Source: Lepidodermella squamata (lineage: Eukaryota; Animalia; Gastrotricha). Taken from it: 64,000 bases of DNA. The stretch spans positions 1,215,499-1,279,498 of the forward strand of contig JBLDXI010000048.1 of the NCBI GenBank assembly GCA_047495785.1, read 5' to 3'. Positions 1-13,800 of this stretch are shown here, piece after piece; the stretch's first letter is position 1; each line of letters starts with the position of its first letter. Made by a program: the position numbers and the translations under genes. The notes beneath the pieces were generated by a model, which was not told the DNA's origin, did no database searches, and saw only the letters and a program-made list of their open reading frames with translations.

Positions 1-3000
1 AATATATTTTATTGGATATTAAACGCTGTGTCAACTTACAACTACTACCTACATTTATTACGACAGGGACATAACGCGTGCGATTTATTATTAATAGCCC
101 AATAGTATAATATGAAGTATAGGATAGGGTTATCAAAAGGCGCCGATCTCGTATAATTGTTGTCATCAACACACTTTTGTGTATTAGATTGAAATATCGA
201 ACAGATCACCCTGTGCCGCGTACAACACACCCTGCTCTACTACGACAGGTGATATTATTGTTTTCTAATTGTTTTCGTAACACATTTTACGCTTTCAATC
301 AAAAAGGTATATAATCGCGCACACAGGGACGCCACACACTTGCGCGCGTGTGATAATAATAAAAACCGCGCGCGCGCTGGGTGCGCGCAATATCCGCATC
401 CTATAAACGCGATTTTATAGTTGTCATTTTCTTTGTTATTCTAATAATTATTATATCAAGTTATATATTGCACCACCGCTGACCCACACCGGTGAATATT
501 ACATCCTATATACAAACCCAACTACAAATTTTAGTCACCCTTTCATTTGAAGAACCACCTGTTGTTCGTCAACAAACTCGAAATATTTTCAGAATTTTCT
601 CACGCCCGTGCTAATTTTTCTTGTTATCTTTTAATTTTCTCAACATTCGTCCGCTAATTTTTGGGAGAGTTCAGAGTTAAACAATGCATTGAGAACGGCT
701 GTTTTTCGCCTCGTTCTGTCGTTGAAAAGGCACGTCTTTTATAATTAAGGAGGCCAACTTTTCAGCTTTTTCAAAGAATGGAAAATTTTCTCTCGCCTCT
801 CGTCAATAATAGCGAGAAAATTCTTACAATTTAATGAAACGTTGCTCTCTTGAATAGATTTTTCAAAATTTTAAGGCAGAGACATGGTAATATATTACGT
901 TTGGAAACAAGCCATGAAAAAATTAACAAATTTTCAGTATATTTCTCTTTATTTATATAGGAATTATAGAAATTTATAGAAAGGAGAAAATTATAGGAAA
1001 TATTAGAAATTAAAGTAATCCTAAACCCTTAATCCTAATGTTCGTACCCCGTCTCTTCACATCATTCGAACTGATTTTCTAATGTCTTGCTGATAGAATA
1101 TTCAAACCAAAAATTTGGAAATTTATAGTTATCTTTTTAATTTTTTAATTTTATTAATTTATGCAAAAATCTTTTCAAATCCTGTAATTTTTTGGATGAA
1201 TCACCCTCATATTTTTAATCCTATATTCTAAGCGATTGTCCTCGTTTTTGCCCCATTTTTAAATTTTTTATATAAGATTTTTTATAGCAAAATCGTGGAT
1301 TTTTTTCCTCTATTGTTATATTATTTTTATTGCGCCAGTGATAGCGGTAATTATTTGTTCAAGGCATGATTTTCGATCTTAACTCGCGATAACCTTCAAC
1401 GATATCTTCTATCATCATCTCATACAATTTCCTATATGATCCTGTATCATCATCGCAAGCTTATACCTTGTTCACTGTAACGAGTTTGGTTAGTCTTGCC
1501 CGGCGCCTTATCACCGCCTTGTTTGCCGCCTGTGCGCGTGTTCTTTGCCTTTCGCGCCCCGTTTTGTTATTGTTTTGGCATCTCACGGCGCTGCGTTTTA
1601 GTTTTATACCGAAACGATCGCTGAATATGCAAAATTTGCCCGTGATAATACAATAATAATTATTATATTATTCGTTCCACTGCTAATAACACATTTCCGC
1701 GCCTTTTTGCTATAACTACTACCGAAGGCTATTACCATTGAAAACTGGAAAGTAGCCGGCAACGTAGTAGCAGTAGTAGGATACAATATATATATTATAG
1801 CAATTATTTATCCAAGGTTTTTGATACTCGGCTTGTATTGTATACTGTGCATCCACCCTAAGCCGTGTTTATAGCCTAGCTTACGAGTTTATTAAGGCAA
1901 ATGTTATTATTAGCCGGGCGGACAGTAGACGCGCGGCTCTCGCGCGGGATATAGATACATTAAGCGCCCGGTCCAATTAACCAACTCGACCCAATTAGAA
2001 ATTTACAAGTCGGGTATATTATATGCTCAGGGTTGGTGGTGGTATATACCAAACGCGGCGCCGTCTTGTGTATTAGAAACCGTTATTTATACTGTTACTT
2101 GCCGGCTTAATACTTGAGCGTTTTCCTAGTCCCAAACTGAAGCTAAAAGCAAACTATGACCCAGCGTAAAATTGACCTCATAATCCCTTGATTTTTTGCT
2201 AATAATCGGCCCTTTAATAATCTATCTATTACCAGATTGCATTTTTTCATTCGCTCATTGAATGATGCGATTGGATAATTAGGATAGTAAAAGAAAGAAT
2301 TTAGAACTATAATTACGCTTTTGGAATTTTTTAAGATATTTCGGATACCTAATTGTTTAATAGCAAAGGCAATTTTTTGCAATGTATAGCCCTTAATCAG
2401 CCGGAGAAAAAAAATTCCAGAAAAAATTCTGTATTTTTCATTTTTGCATTTTTACGACCAAATGACCAACATTTTTATTCCTCCAAAAACCATAGAAATA
2501 TTAGCGCTCAATTTCATTTGGAAGGCTAAGGCTAATTAGGATTCTTCTGATTGTCAACGGATAAATCAGAATTTTTTTCCAATTTTCGGAAATTTATTCG
2601 TGTTCCACTTTTCTTTTTTCTGAAGCGGTGCCAATTTTCAATTTATTTTTATGGTAAACTTACATGTGCCGGGGCCAAATTGGAAACGTTTATTAATCAA
2701 TAATGTGAATCACTTTGGCTTTTCGGCTGCCTCAAAAATTCCAGTCGTTGATGATTCATCAAAATTTTACCATAATTTGGCGACTGATTTTTGGTGCTTG
2801 TCAAATTTTTGTCCCAAAATTCTGTTAAAATCTAAAAATTATACAGGAACCAAGAAATGCCGATAAACTAGAAGAGAATTCCTTATTGGATTCTTATAAA
2901 AGAGGAACCAATTGAAATCTGGATGAATCATCATCGATTCGGATTTTTAGCGCTCAACATCGAAATTGAACTTCAAATTCCATTTAAACCTGGAAAAAGT

Positions 3001-6000
3001 TGTTGATTATTCGAGTCGTCTATAGTTTGGCAGACCCATCGTTCGACATGGTAACATTTAAGATTATAGGAAAAGGCCCAAACCCCGTCTGTGTCCCCGA
3101 TTATCTCTTCCTGGGCCGTGGCAACGCAAATAACACACGCCGATATAAGTAGCGCAACATGTGATGCGTGCAAAATCGAGCCATTTTCAGCAGCAGCAGC
3201 AGGGTATACAGGCTGCGTATGACTCATTAGAATTTAGCCGTAGTGTATAAGAAGTAGGCTACGACTAATAATATCGGCATATAACGCTGCAACAACGCGC
3301 GCATCTTTAACATGTGTCCTCAGTGGCGAAAGGAATTCAGTCCTATATAGGGCGGCTTAATTCTATGGCTCGCGAGGAAGAACAAGACAACAATTTTCAT
3401 GGCGACTGGTCGGCTCTTCGACGAAATGTAAATAAAGACTAGCCAATATATATCTCGCGCATGATCAGCTGCCTCGTTATCTATACTAAGCCCCGTATAG
3501 TCACCCTGCTGGCATAATTATTGTCATTATACTTATACACATAACGTCCCAATATATATATTTTCGTAAAACAATGCCGGCCTTTTTCACAACCGGTTGC
3601 TGCTTCATCTCGAGCAAAAAGATTTGATTATAACGATGCCCTAAACTCAATATAAATCTGAGACTGCCGGCTGTATAGAAGCCACTTTTATATTCAAATT
3701 TATCATTAGGATTGGCTTTTGGTGCACATTTTTCGACGACTTAATTATTCAACAATTTTTCTCACCTTTTCAGTGCGGCTTTAGGTTTAAACCCCCTCCG
3801 TTATATTATGGTCATTTTTTTCTTCCGCCATTTCGGCGCGACGACGACGATGATTGGAAGTATCCTCGGATTTTATTTATTCATAAATCGATGAAAATCC
3901 ACGCAAGTGCGCACCCTCTTGGTCCAGTATCATCCGCGCATGCCGAGATAATTATTATTCGAAAAAAACGTACCGAAAAATTCCTCGAATTTTTTTTTTC
4001 GGGCTGAAAATTTCTCGAAATTTTTGTTTATCGCGTTTGTGCGATTTGTGAAAAGTGGCCCTTGAACACGGCTTATTTTTAATGAATTACATTTTATCGC
4101 TTATATAGGTACTTGAGCGCGTCGGCGAGTATAGCCGCGCGCATCATTATTACTACTGCTTTTGTTTTACTTACAACAAATTATTAGCTTTTTACGCGGT
4201 ATAGGTAAGTGTATAGAGTAAAAATCACGCCGGCGAAAACAACACACAATAATTTTTCAGCAAACAACAAAAATAACAATAAATTATCGGAAAAAAGACG
4301 AGCGCGCGTTATATACTTCATAGGCGGTCAGCACTCGACTCGCTCCGGTGAATGCGCGCTGCTATATCATCCATATCTACTACCGAAAAATTCATCTCTC
4401 GCTCGATCAAAAATCGCTCTCCTGTACTTGAGATTATACGATTATTATTACAAGGTATAAAAATGTATCGCAATATCTCACGGATCAAGTATATATGAAA
4501 CGTTGAAATGATTAGCTGTCCGCGGTTTTTTTCGGTTATTTTTCCACCGTGAGGAAATGTTTGCGCATCATTTCTAGGTGCATCATACCTGGTTCTTATA
4601 CCGCAAAAAAACCAGTGCGTCCCTAAAAATTATAATTTTTTTAAAATCGATTTCACACTTGCCCTTAGGGAATGTAGAATTTTGTTAAAATTTAAGAATT
4701 TTATTTTAAAAAATTACTTCATTTTAAGGCGGCTTCTTTATTATTGAATATGTTGACGATTAAGAATCGAATTCGATTTTTCTCGAATGAAACCAATTTC
4801 CGACACCAATTATGCCCGATTTTACCGGTGTTTAAGGTGGCCTCCAGTTGTTTGTTGCAACATGTTATAAATTTACAATAATATATATTACGCGCCTTTA
4901 AAACGCGCGCGCCCGCCTGTTATTGTTGTTTCTTTTATTTCTATAATGCGGGGCAAAAAGTGCGCGCCATGTGCGCGATAACAGGCGCAATTTTTAAACG
5001 CTCGCCTCACCAACGCGCGATGTTACACATTACACATACTTATAGTATATCGGCTGCAAAATGGCCGGGGCGATTTTTCGTTGGATAAATAAATAAATAG
5101 GCCCACTTTACCCGAGCTTTTCACCAGGCCTTTTTCTAATATATATAAAGGTGCGTGTTTATTTCACCACCACTTCTTTCTAGGGTGTCCAGAGCATTAT
5201 AAATTACCATTTTTCGAGGAAATGAAATAATGGCGAGTGGATATTTTTTCTGAATTTTTTTCGTTGCGAGTTATGTTTGGATTAAGGTGGCGAAATATTT
5301 TCATTTACTGCCAGTGCGTTTTTTGCGGCTATAGTACTGATTTTTGGTCGCGATTTCAGTGAGTCATCTCGCCATTTCCAAACTTGAGAATAGTTTGTCA
5401 ACAGAAGGCGAGGGCGAATAACGCTTCGCAAATTAGCCGAACGAAGCGCGCCAAATCATTGTTAGTGGTGATGATTGTTGTCGCTTAGTTAAGCCATGTC
5501 TTATAGGCCATTTAATGCAGTGCGCGCGTCTCGCACGATATAACGCGCGCGCGCATATATTCCCAAAATATTGCCGATGAGCGATGAGCGATGATGATGA
5601 CGATAATAATTATTATTTATCATTCGATATATGAAAAGTTTCGAAGCGCCGATAACTATTTAACCGCGTTCATCGTCGCATGGCCGCCTTTTTGCGCGCA
5701 CAATTTAACGCTGCAAATATATGCTTGTCTTCTCGTCCTCCTTAAAATCGAAAGCCAGTAATAGTAAATAAATACTCTCGTAAATAATAATAACAATAAT
5801 CTTGTCCCGTTCTTCCTCGTCGTGAAAATCATCCCGGCTTCTCGTCGTTCGATATAATAGCCCTGTAAATAACAAGAAAACGATGATTTTTGAATTTCGT
5901 CTTGTTTGTTATTATTTACTTATTCAATCAACCATGTCTTGTTTATTTTTCAGAAAAATATGTAATATGTCGCGACATGAGAATTTCTTTTTTTTTCGCA

Positions 6001-7884
6001 TCGTTTGATTTTATAGGTCGGCTAATTATATTATTAATATCATGAATACTCTGCGATGGAATGTCAACAATGAATCGCATTAAATCCAGCAGTAAACACG
6101 GAAATGGAAATTTTTATACGCAATTTCCAGGTCTCTCATCTCAATCAAGCCATCAATCGGTTGATGATGATGATGATATATGAATTGCCTTTTTATTGTT
6201 GGTTTAAACTTGCGATTTATGAACCGACTCTTCTATATAGGTTAATTATTATGCCATAAATCTGCTACCAATTATGCAGGAAATGGGCAAATATTTAGGG
6301 CACATAATTTTATTATTATTATTACTCTATTAGAGCAGGAATATTTTTATTCCTTTAGAAATTCGGCGGGAAGACATTACAGAAATATTTTTACCAGAAA
6401 TTCCTCCTTAATCTTGTGTTTTTAGCACTGATTACACTAAAATTGTCCCTAGCGATCTAAATAAAACCGGAAAAATGTTGAAGAACTTGCGAATTCCGAT
6501 GTCAACAATTTAACTTTATTCGCGTCGATTTTTTGCTGTCTCCGGGTAAAAAAACTCGTAATTTTATTCCTTAAGAGTTTTACGGCTTTTTGACATCGTT
6601 TCACACTAAATTGTGACCTAATTACACCGCTCAACGCAGGCGATTTATAGAAAAAAGTTGCCCCATTTTATTTATTGATAGCAATAAAAACACGCCTTTT
6701 TGGTGTCACGAGCGCGATGATGATAGTAAGTAATAAAATCGATGAACCAGCCGCGATGTGTCGGCGGCGATTATTACATAGGACGGCCTGCTAAAAACAC
6801 GGCCCATCTATCTATCTATCGCCGTTATACACATGTCAGCAACACTTGTGTATTGCGCGTAAAAATAAATAAAATGTAACGACAAATTTTCTAGCAACTT
6901 GGGAACTAAAATCTCAGCTTTTATTATTATTTGCACTGTCATTAATTTGTCCGGATTTTTTAGCCGCCACGTGTAGTTAATTCAAATGTATAAATAAATA
7001 TAGGCTGTATAGGGGAGACACCTTTTACCTGTAGCCTATTCAATAATTTATTGCAAAAATTTACTAACAATGGGCGGACGTGCTGCATAGGATATGATTA
7101 TGACTTTTGTCACTCAGCGGGTAGTAAATAATAACAAATCGCTGGCCTGTAAATTTGCGGCTGCTGCTGCAGCCGTGATGATGTCATCGCTTTCGCTTGA
7201 TCGATTCGTGCGACTCGGCGTGAAAGTTCACGGCGCGTCTAATCTCAGCGGCGCGCGCATTTTGTACAACCATGCGATTAGCCGTGTGCCTGTATGCGCG
7301 TACTGGGAGCTAATTCATGTCGGCGATTTTTATTCACATTACAGCAAAAAATTCCAAGGTTTTTTTTGTATGTTCATGAGCCGCGAAGACAGGTAAAGTT
7401 TACGCACCGGTGAATTTATATTGCGATTTTTGTCCATTTTTTGTTGATAATTATAATTTTGTCGGTTTTGTGAACCGTAAAATGAGTGCGGAGTTCAAAA
7501 ATGTTTCAAAAATGATTTTTTGAACGAATTTTTTGCAATTTATTAGTTCTATAGCTGGAATTTTCTATATTTTTAAATTACAAATTTTTCTGAATTTTTT
7601 TCCGTAAATTTGGCTAATTAATTAAATTGACCGATTTAAATTTCAATTGACACAATTGAATTTTTCATTTTTACTAGATTTAATTTAATTAATAAAATGA
7701 TGCATTGACTGTTAATCTATGCAACACATTCGCGGTAACAAATTTTCGTCGACGACGCAGACGCGACGCAAATCGGCTGTGACAAGTTGATGCTGCTCAA
7801 CTCAAACACAACTCGAAAAAGAAGTCGTCTTATGCAATCGCAGCAAATCTTATTTGATTTTGCTCTCTCATTAACACTATCATC

Positions 7885-10800
7885 ATGCAAATGCGCGACA
7901 CGCTTTATCACCTGAAGGAGCAGTCATCGTCCAGTAGTGTCAAGCATTTGAAAATTCGCCCGGCCGATTCGTGGTGGTGGCGGCGGTGGTCTTGTTGTCT
8001 GTCCAACGCCCAGCGCTACTCGATTTTCTGCCTTATTTTACTACTCTATTTTTGCGGCTGTCAAGCTGAGGTTTACACGTTTTCGGGCGAGGACTCGTTC
8101 GCGCGCCTGCCGGAATGGCGGCCTTGCGCTGACAGTCGGCTTCAGTTTCGATTCCGCACCCGATCTGAGCATGGCCTCGTTTTCTACGCCGATGATGGCG
8201 ACAAGGAGTACATATACCTTAAATTATATCAAGGTGAGGTTTTCGCTTATTTTTTTCCGTCTGCGATAGAGAATATTTTTACTACTCAAAATTAAGGTGG
8301 AATTTTAGAAAGTTCAATTTGACCTACTTTCTAATTTTGACCCATTTGTTATCCTAATTGTCTCAACTCAAGTTTCGATTATCTAATTTGAGGCTAAATT
8401 GCGAAAAACCGCAAGTATCCCACCGGAATCCATCCCTGGTAATTGTCCAACTTCCCATCGCTGGGGATACTTTCCCTCAGGGGTATGAATATTTGGCAAA
8501 AAATATATTTTAATTATAGAAAAAATGCCGCTATAAATTTCAGAAAGATATGAAATAAAATTGAAAAAATTAATTATGTCAGTCATTATTCAGCTTTCAT
8601 CCAATTATAATTTTTGAAAAATGTCATATTTTTTCTGCTACCAGGCTCGTTACATTTACGATTGCGATTAAACCCGGCACAAGTCGATGACGTCCTAATA
8701 CGCGCCGGCTATTCGACCACCTTAACCGACAACGCATGGCACAACGTCGAGGTTCGGCGAAGCGGAAAAGACACGTTCTTAATCGTCGACGAAGAACAAC
8801 GAAAACGGTTCTTCGAACCCGGCGCAACCGAAGATTACTACCTGGGCGCGCCGGGTAACAGCGCGTACCGCCGGCCTAATCAGCTGTACTTTGGCGGCCT
8901 CAATCGCAGTGTGTTGCTTCAAGACGTCGCGTTGCCTGTCATTGTTCATGAACCTCGGTTTCGCGGCTCGATAGCGAATGTCTCGTTTTCGAACTGCAGT
9001 GGTCCGTTGAGGCGGGTGCGCATGCTGGAGAGCAAGGGCGTGCGCGTGTCGGATGCGGCGCATGATTGCGTGCGCACGACGTGTTTAAATGGCGGCGCCT
9101 GTTTTGTTGATTTGGCGGATTTTTCGGAGAAATGCGACTGCAGCCAGACTATGTTCGATGGCGACTACTGCGATCAACGTAAGACTCTTAATTCCTAGCT
9201 AAATTTCGATAATTGAAACCGGGAAACATTGAGAAATTATGGAGAAATTTATTTAAAAAATTCAGAAAAAAATTCCAAATAATCCTACTTGAAAATTAAT
9301 ATCGGCACTTGATCCGCCTTAAAATGGTTCTTAAATGGGAATTTTCGTCTTTTTTTAGCTCGTAAATACGCTGAAGCTACATTTTACGGCAACGGTTACC
9401 TGTCCTATGGCTTGGACTATTTAGACGGGAAGCCTTTTCTATCAGTTGCCGATGAGGTCTCGCTATACTTCAAAACAAAGCAATCCGACGGCCTGCTATT
9501 CTACAGTGGTGATTTAACCGACAGTTTGATCATAGCCCTGCGAAAAGGAACAATATGGGTGTCGTTAATGCTGGCTGGCGAAACTTCAGAAATGTCAGTC
9601 GATGCGGCGCAGACAGGCCTCGGAGCTGCATCAGGTGGTTCTGACGCCTCAACAGGTGGCGCTTCTGGGGTACCAGCTAACCCGTCTCGCTTCGATGACG
9701 ACCAGTGGTACTGGTTACGCGTGAAGCGGCAGGTCAAAGAGGTAGGAAAAAATCGGAAGAATATCGAAATTTTTTTATTCACGAAAAAAGTGACAAATCC
9801 TAACCTGAATTTTCGCAATTTTCCCGTCTCAATTTTTTGTTATTTTTTTTATTTGTTACTACAACTACTTTTCCTATTCCAAACTGTGCACTTTCACATT
9901 ATAGCTGGAAAATGGCCTCAAGGCCATTGCTGAGGTATGTTTCAAAAAAACATAATTTCCCGCGATTTTTTCGGTGGAAAATGGCTTACAGTCGAGTTGA
10001 ACAAGCTGTGTTACTTTTTGGTGTTTTATGTGTCGATAAAAAATTTGCCATTTTACACGCCTTTGGTATATCGGTTCTTGCTTGTCAATGTCTATTTTAT
10101 TACCGTTATTTTATGCGAAAAAAATTTGGAAGCGCATTTTTTTAATTATTCCCCGCCTTTCATTTGCTGCTTCGTGTGGGTCAATTTTTTTTTCTTGGCA
10201 ACGGGATTTTTTGGTAACTAAGGACGCATATTTCAAACTCCATGGCAACGCGGCTATTTTTTGCGCTCAAAATCACCCGAATCCATAAATATTATTGTCG
10301 ATGTAAAGTGGCATGCTAGTAAAATTTGGAAGAATAAAAAATCAATCACCAGGTGTTTTCGGAGATATCTCTTGCACTCAAAAAAAATTACCGCACCTTT
10401 TCGATGTAGTTATATAAAAATTGCGCACCGAGTATATTATTATCGCGCCTGCTTAATAGATGTTGTCTATAAATATGCGAAAAAATTGTCTGTAGAATGC
10501 TCTTCAATCGCTTTCAGTCGAGCAAATTTGTCGTTGTTTCAACTCAATTTTTTCTTAAATTTTTATAAAATTCCATTTTTTCCAGGTCGAAGTGCTGGTT
10601 AGGTCGTCTCGGCAGCAAGATTTCGCTGTTCGAAAAGTCGGCACCTTCGTCGGCCGGTTGACATTCCTCCGCAGCCGCATCATCTACGTAGGCGGGTCGG
10701 AATCGAACGCGGCCTTGACCGCAAATCGGGTGCGCGCAAATTTCCGCGGCTGCCTTAAACAGGTCATTTACAAAGCCGACGCAATTTCGCTCGACGTGCT

Positions 10801-13800
10801 TGAATTGGCGCGCAAAAATGAGCCGTTATTAAGGCGCACGGGCAATGTTGATTACTCGGGCTGTAAAGACCTCGCCTCATTTCAACCCGTCACATTTCGC
10901 ACCCCTGAGTCGTTTATCCGGCTTGAAAAATGGAGTGCTAGAGAAAATGGGTCGATCCAGTTTAAATTTCAAACAACCGAAGATCGCGGCCTGTTGTTCT
11001 ACAACAGCGGCGGCCGTGGTGGCGATTTTGTCCACCTTGAAATTTTCAACGGATATTTGAGGTTCGGCATCTCAGTCGGCGGGTTGGTTCAAGACCTGCC
11101 TATGGTTCAAATTTTTAACGAAACCCGGGTTAATGACGGGCAAGTTCACGCGGTTCGAATTACGAAAATGATGCCGCCGCAGTCGAGCGGAACGGTCCAG
11201 ATCACGCTGGACTCAACGCCTCGGCTGTTTTCGATAACTGGCGATTATCAGTTTCTTGATTTGGAGAATTACATGTACATTGGCGGGGTTGATCCGTCGA
11301 TTCCTGTTTCGAGAAGCGCATATACAGCGGTTTTAAGGCGCGGCTTGGTTGGATGTGTCCAAGATATGGAGATTAATGGCAAGAAAATCAATTTGGAAGC
11401 GGAGGCTCGATCTCAAAGTAAGTAAAAAATTTGAAATTATTTTAATAAAATTCAGCGATTTTACAAATTTTGGAAGAATCTTAATGAAATTTCAAAAATT
11501 CAAAAATTTCTTCAAATTTCAAATTTCTTCAAATTTCAAAATCAACTTATACTTATATTTTGAAAAACTTCTGAAAAAATTTAATAATAAATTCTGATTA
11601 TATTTTGAATTTTTGAATTTTTTGCTAATTCGATTTTTCAATATAAATTCAATAAAAAAATTAATTCGATTGGCCATCAACATGATCAAAATTAAATATT
11701 AATTCGGCAATTTTTTAATCAATTTTCGAATTTTTTTAATTTTAGATGTGAACGATGTGGGATTTTATTGCCAAACCACGCAAAGCCATTGCGGTCCAAC
11801 AAACCCGTGTCTAAACGGCGGTACATGCCAAGAAGGCTGGAACCGCTTCATCTGCGACTGTTCCGCAACTTCAATGACCGGCCGCGTCTGCGAACGCGAG
11901 GCCGTAGTCGTTGATTTCGCCGGCCCGGGCAACACCCTAGTCCTGCGGCTGCCCTTTGAAAGCCAGAGCGAACTTGAAGAAATTTCGTTCCGCTTCAAAA
12001 CCGTCTCGCCGAACGGCCTACTACTGCGGACATTTCCGAAATTAGGCGGTGATTCACAGATGAGATCAACCGATCGGTTACAGCTATCTCTTATCGAAGG
12101 CGATTTGGTCCTAGAAATCGAAATGGGCAGCGGAAAAACGGTGAGTAATTAAATATATTTGCGCGCGCAAAAAAATAGATCAAAGGAAATAGCGCCTTAA
12201 TGTGCGCGCATGAAAAATATGGGTCATTCAAATGTGAAATTTCAGGTTTTACGAATGGCTGGTACCTCTGCGAATACCGTGGGTGGTTGCCATCAGCTGC
12301 GGGTCGATGACGGCCAATGGCACGCTGTTAAATACCACCGTCTTCGGCACTCTTTATCGCTGAAAATCGACAACTGCCAAAAAACAGGTATGTGTATTTC
12401 GATTTTTTTTACCGAAAAATTCTCTATTGGCCTGTGAAAAATTTCGCTTTAATTTCTTCAAAAATTTCGTGCTCTAATACCTGTTGTACCTTTGTTATAA
12501 AACAAAAAATCTCGGGGATGTAAAGATGTGATAATGCATGCCATCAATACGCCGGCCACCCTGGAGATAAGCCACATCCTACTCGGCTCGGCTATGGCGC
12601 CGAGTGACGACGTAATCGCTGCAACACAGGCCACGTTAATCCCGACAAAACCAAACGCATTCGCCGCCACTCCATCGTCGTCGTCCTGGATTATAGGCCG
12701 AAGTGCTGTTAACGTCCGATCGCTGGCAAGGCGCGCTAATCGCACGGCTAATTTCCGCAGACCACGGGGTATTTAACGCAAACACAACAAATGATAGAAC
12801 AGATGGTTTTTTGAGCACTCGAATGGGTGTTTGAGTGTTTTTTGGTGTTTTTTCAAACCCGCAACTATGTATATGGATTTTTCGTGTCTCTTTCTCTGCG
12901 CGCAAATCTTTCAAGTCACACGTCTGTAAACAATCGTAATTTAGTTTAGAATACTTCGATATCGAGTCGGTTATAACAGTATAGGTGCATCCTTTCTATA
13001 TATGGTCATGCGAACACTTTCTTGCACGTTTTGTTAATTATTCCGGATTTTTCCCGAATTTTTCTGATATTTTTTTTTCAATTTTTTCTCAGGTACGGTG
13101 GTTGGTAAGGACTATCTACTGGACACGGATCAATTAGTCCTTGGTTCATCGAATTGGAGCCCGTCCGCTAGTATGCCCGGCCGGCCGCAGTACGCCGAGC
13201 TGATGGCGCCTAGAACCGGCGGGACAAATTCGATAGTGCCGAATTTTGTCGGCCAAATTCAGCAGTTCACGTATAACAACATCGATTTCTTCGAAGACTT
13301 GGTCGGTGGCCAGTCTTCGGTTGCTGCCTCGGCAGCCGGGCCCAGCCCAAGCCCGACCCAGGTCAAACCGCGCAATTTGATCGTTCAAAACTCAGCGCGC
13401 ACCGTCGACATGTTCGCCGGGCCGAAAATTACCGATGAAATTACGTTCAAAGTAAGCGAATTTAGTCATAAATTTCGCATAAAATAAAAAGGGGAAAACC
13501 AAGATTTAGGAAAAATGTGAGAAAAATTGTAGAAAAATTAGAATTTTTTTATTTTATTGCTGAATTTTTTAAATTTTTTAAATTTTAAAATCTTGAAATT
13601 TAAAAAAATTGAATATATATCGGGTGCAATATTTAAAAATTGTAAGACTATTTTATGCTAATTTGGCTCTATTTTAGATGCAAATTATGCATGAGGCTCA
13701 CACTATTCATCTTTGCTGGTAATAAAAGTGTGTGCGTAGTACTTTTATGCGAAGCCTCATTATCAGTTTTTGCATTAGGCACATAAAAGTGTGCATATGC

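Noticed and set aside
1-7884. Short ORFs upstream of neurexin (e.g. 7094-7396)
   Set aside because: No recognisable motifs and low complexity. A possible non-coding exon (donor 7391/7392, acceptor about 7677) cannot be supported further.
13678-13718. AG/GT-bounded 41-nt segment in a neurexin intron, with octamer ATGCAAAT motifs nearby
   Set aside because: Not a multiple of 3 and no coding similarity. It could only be a poison exon, and there is no evidence for that.
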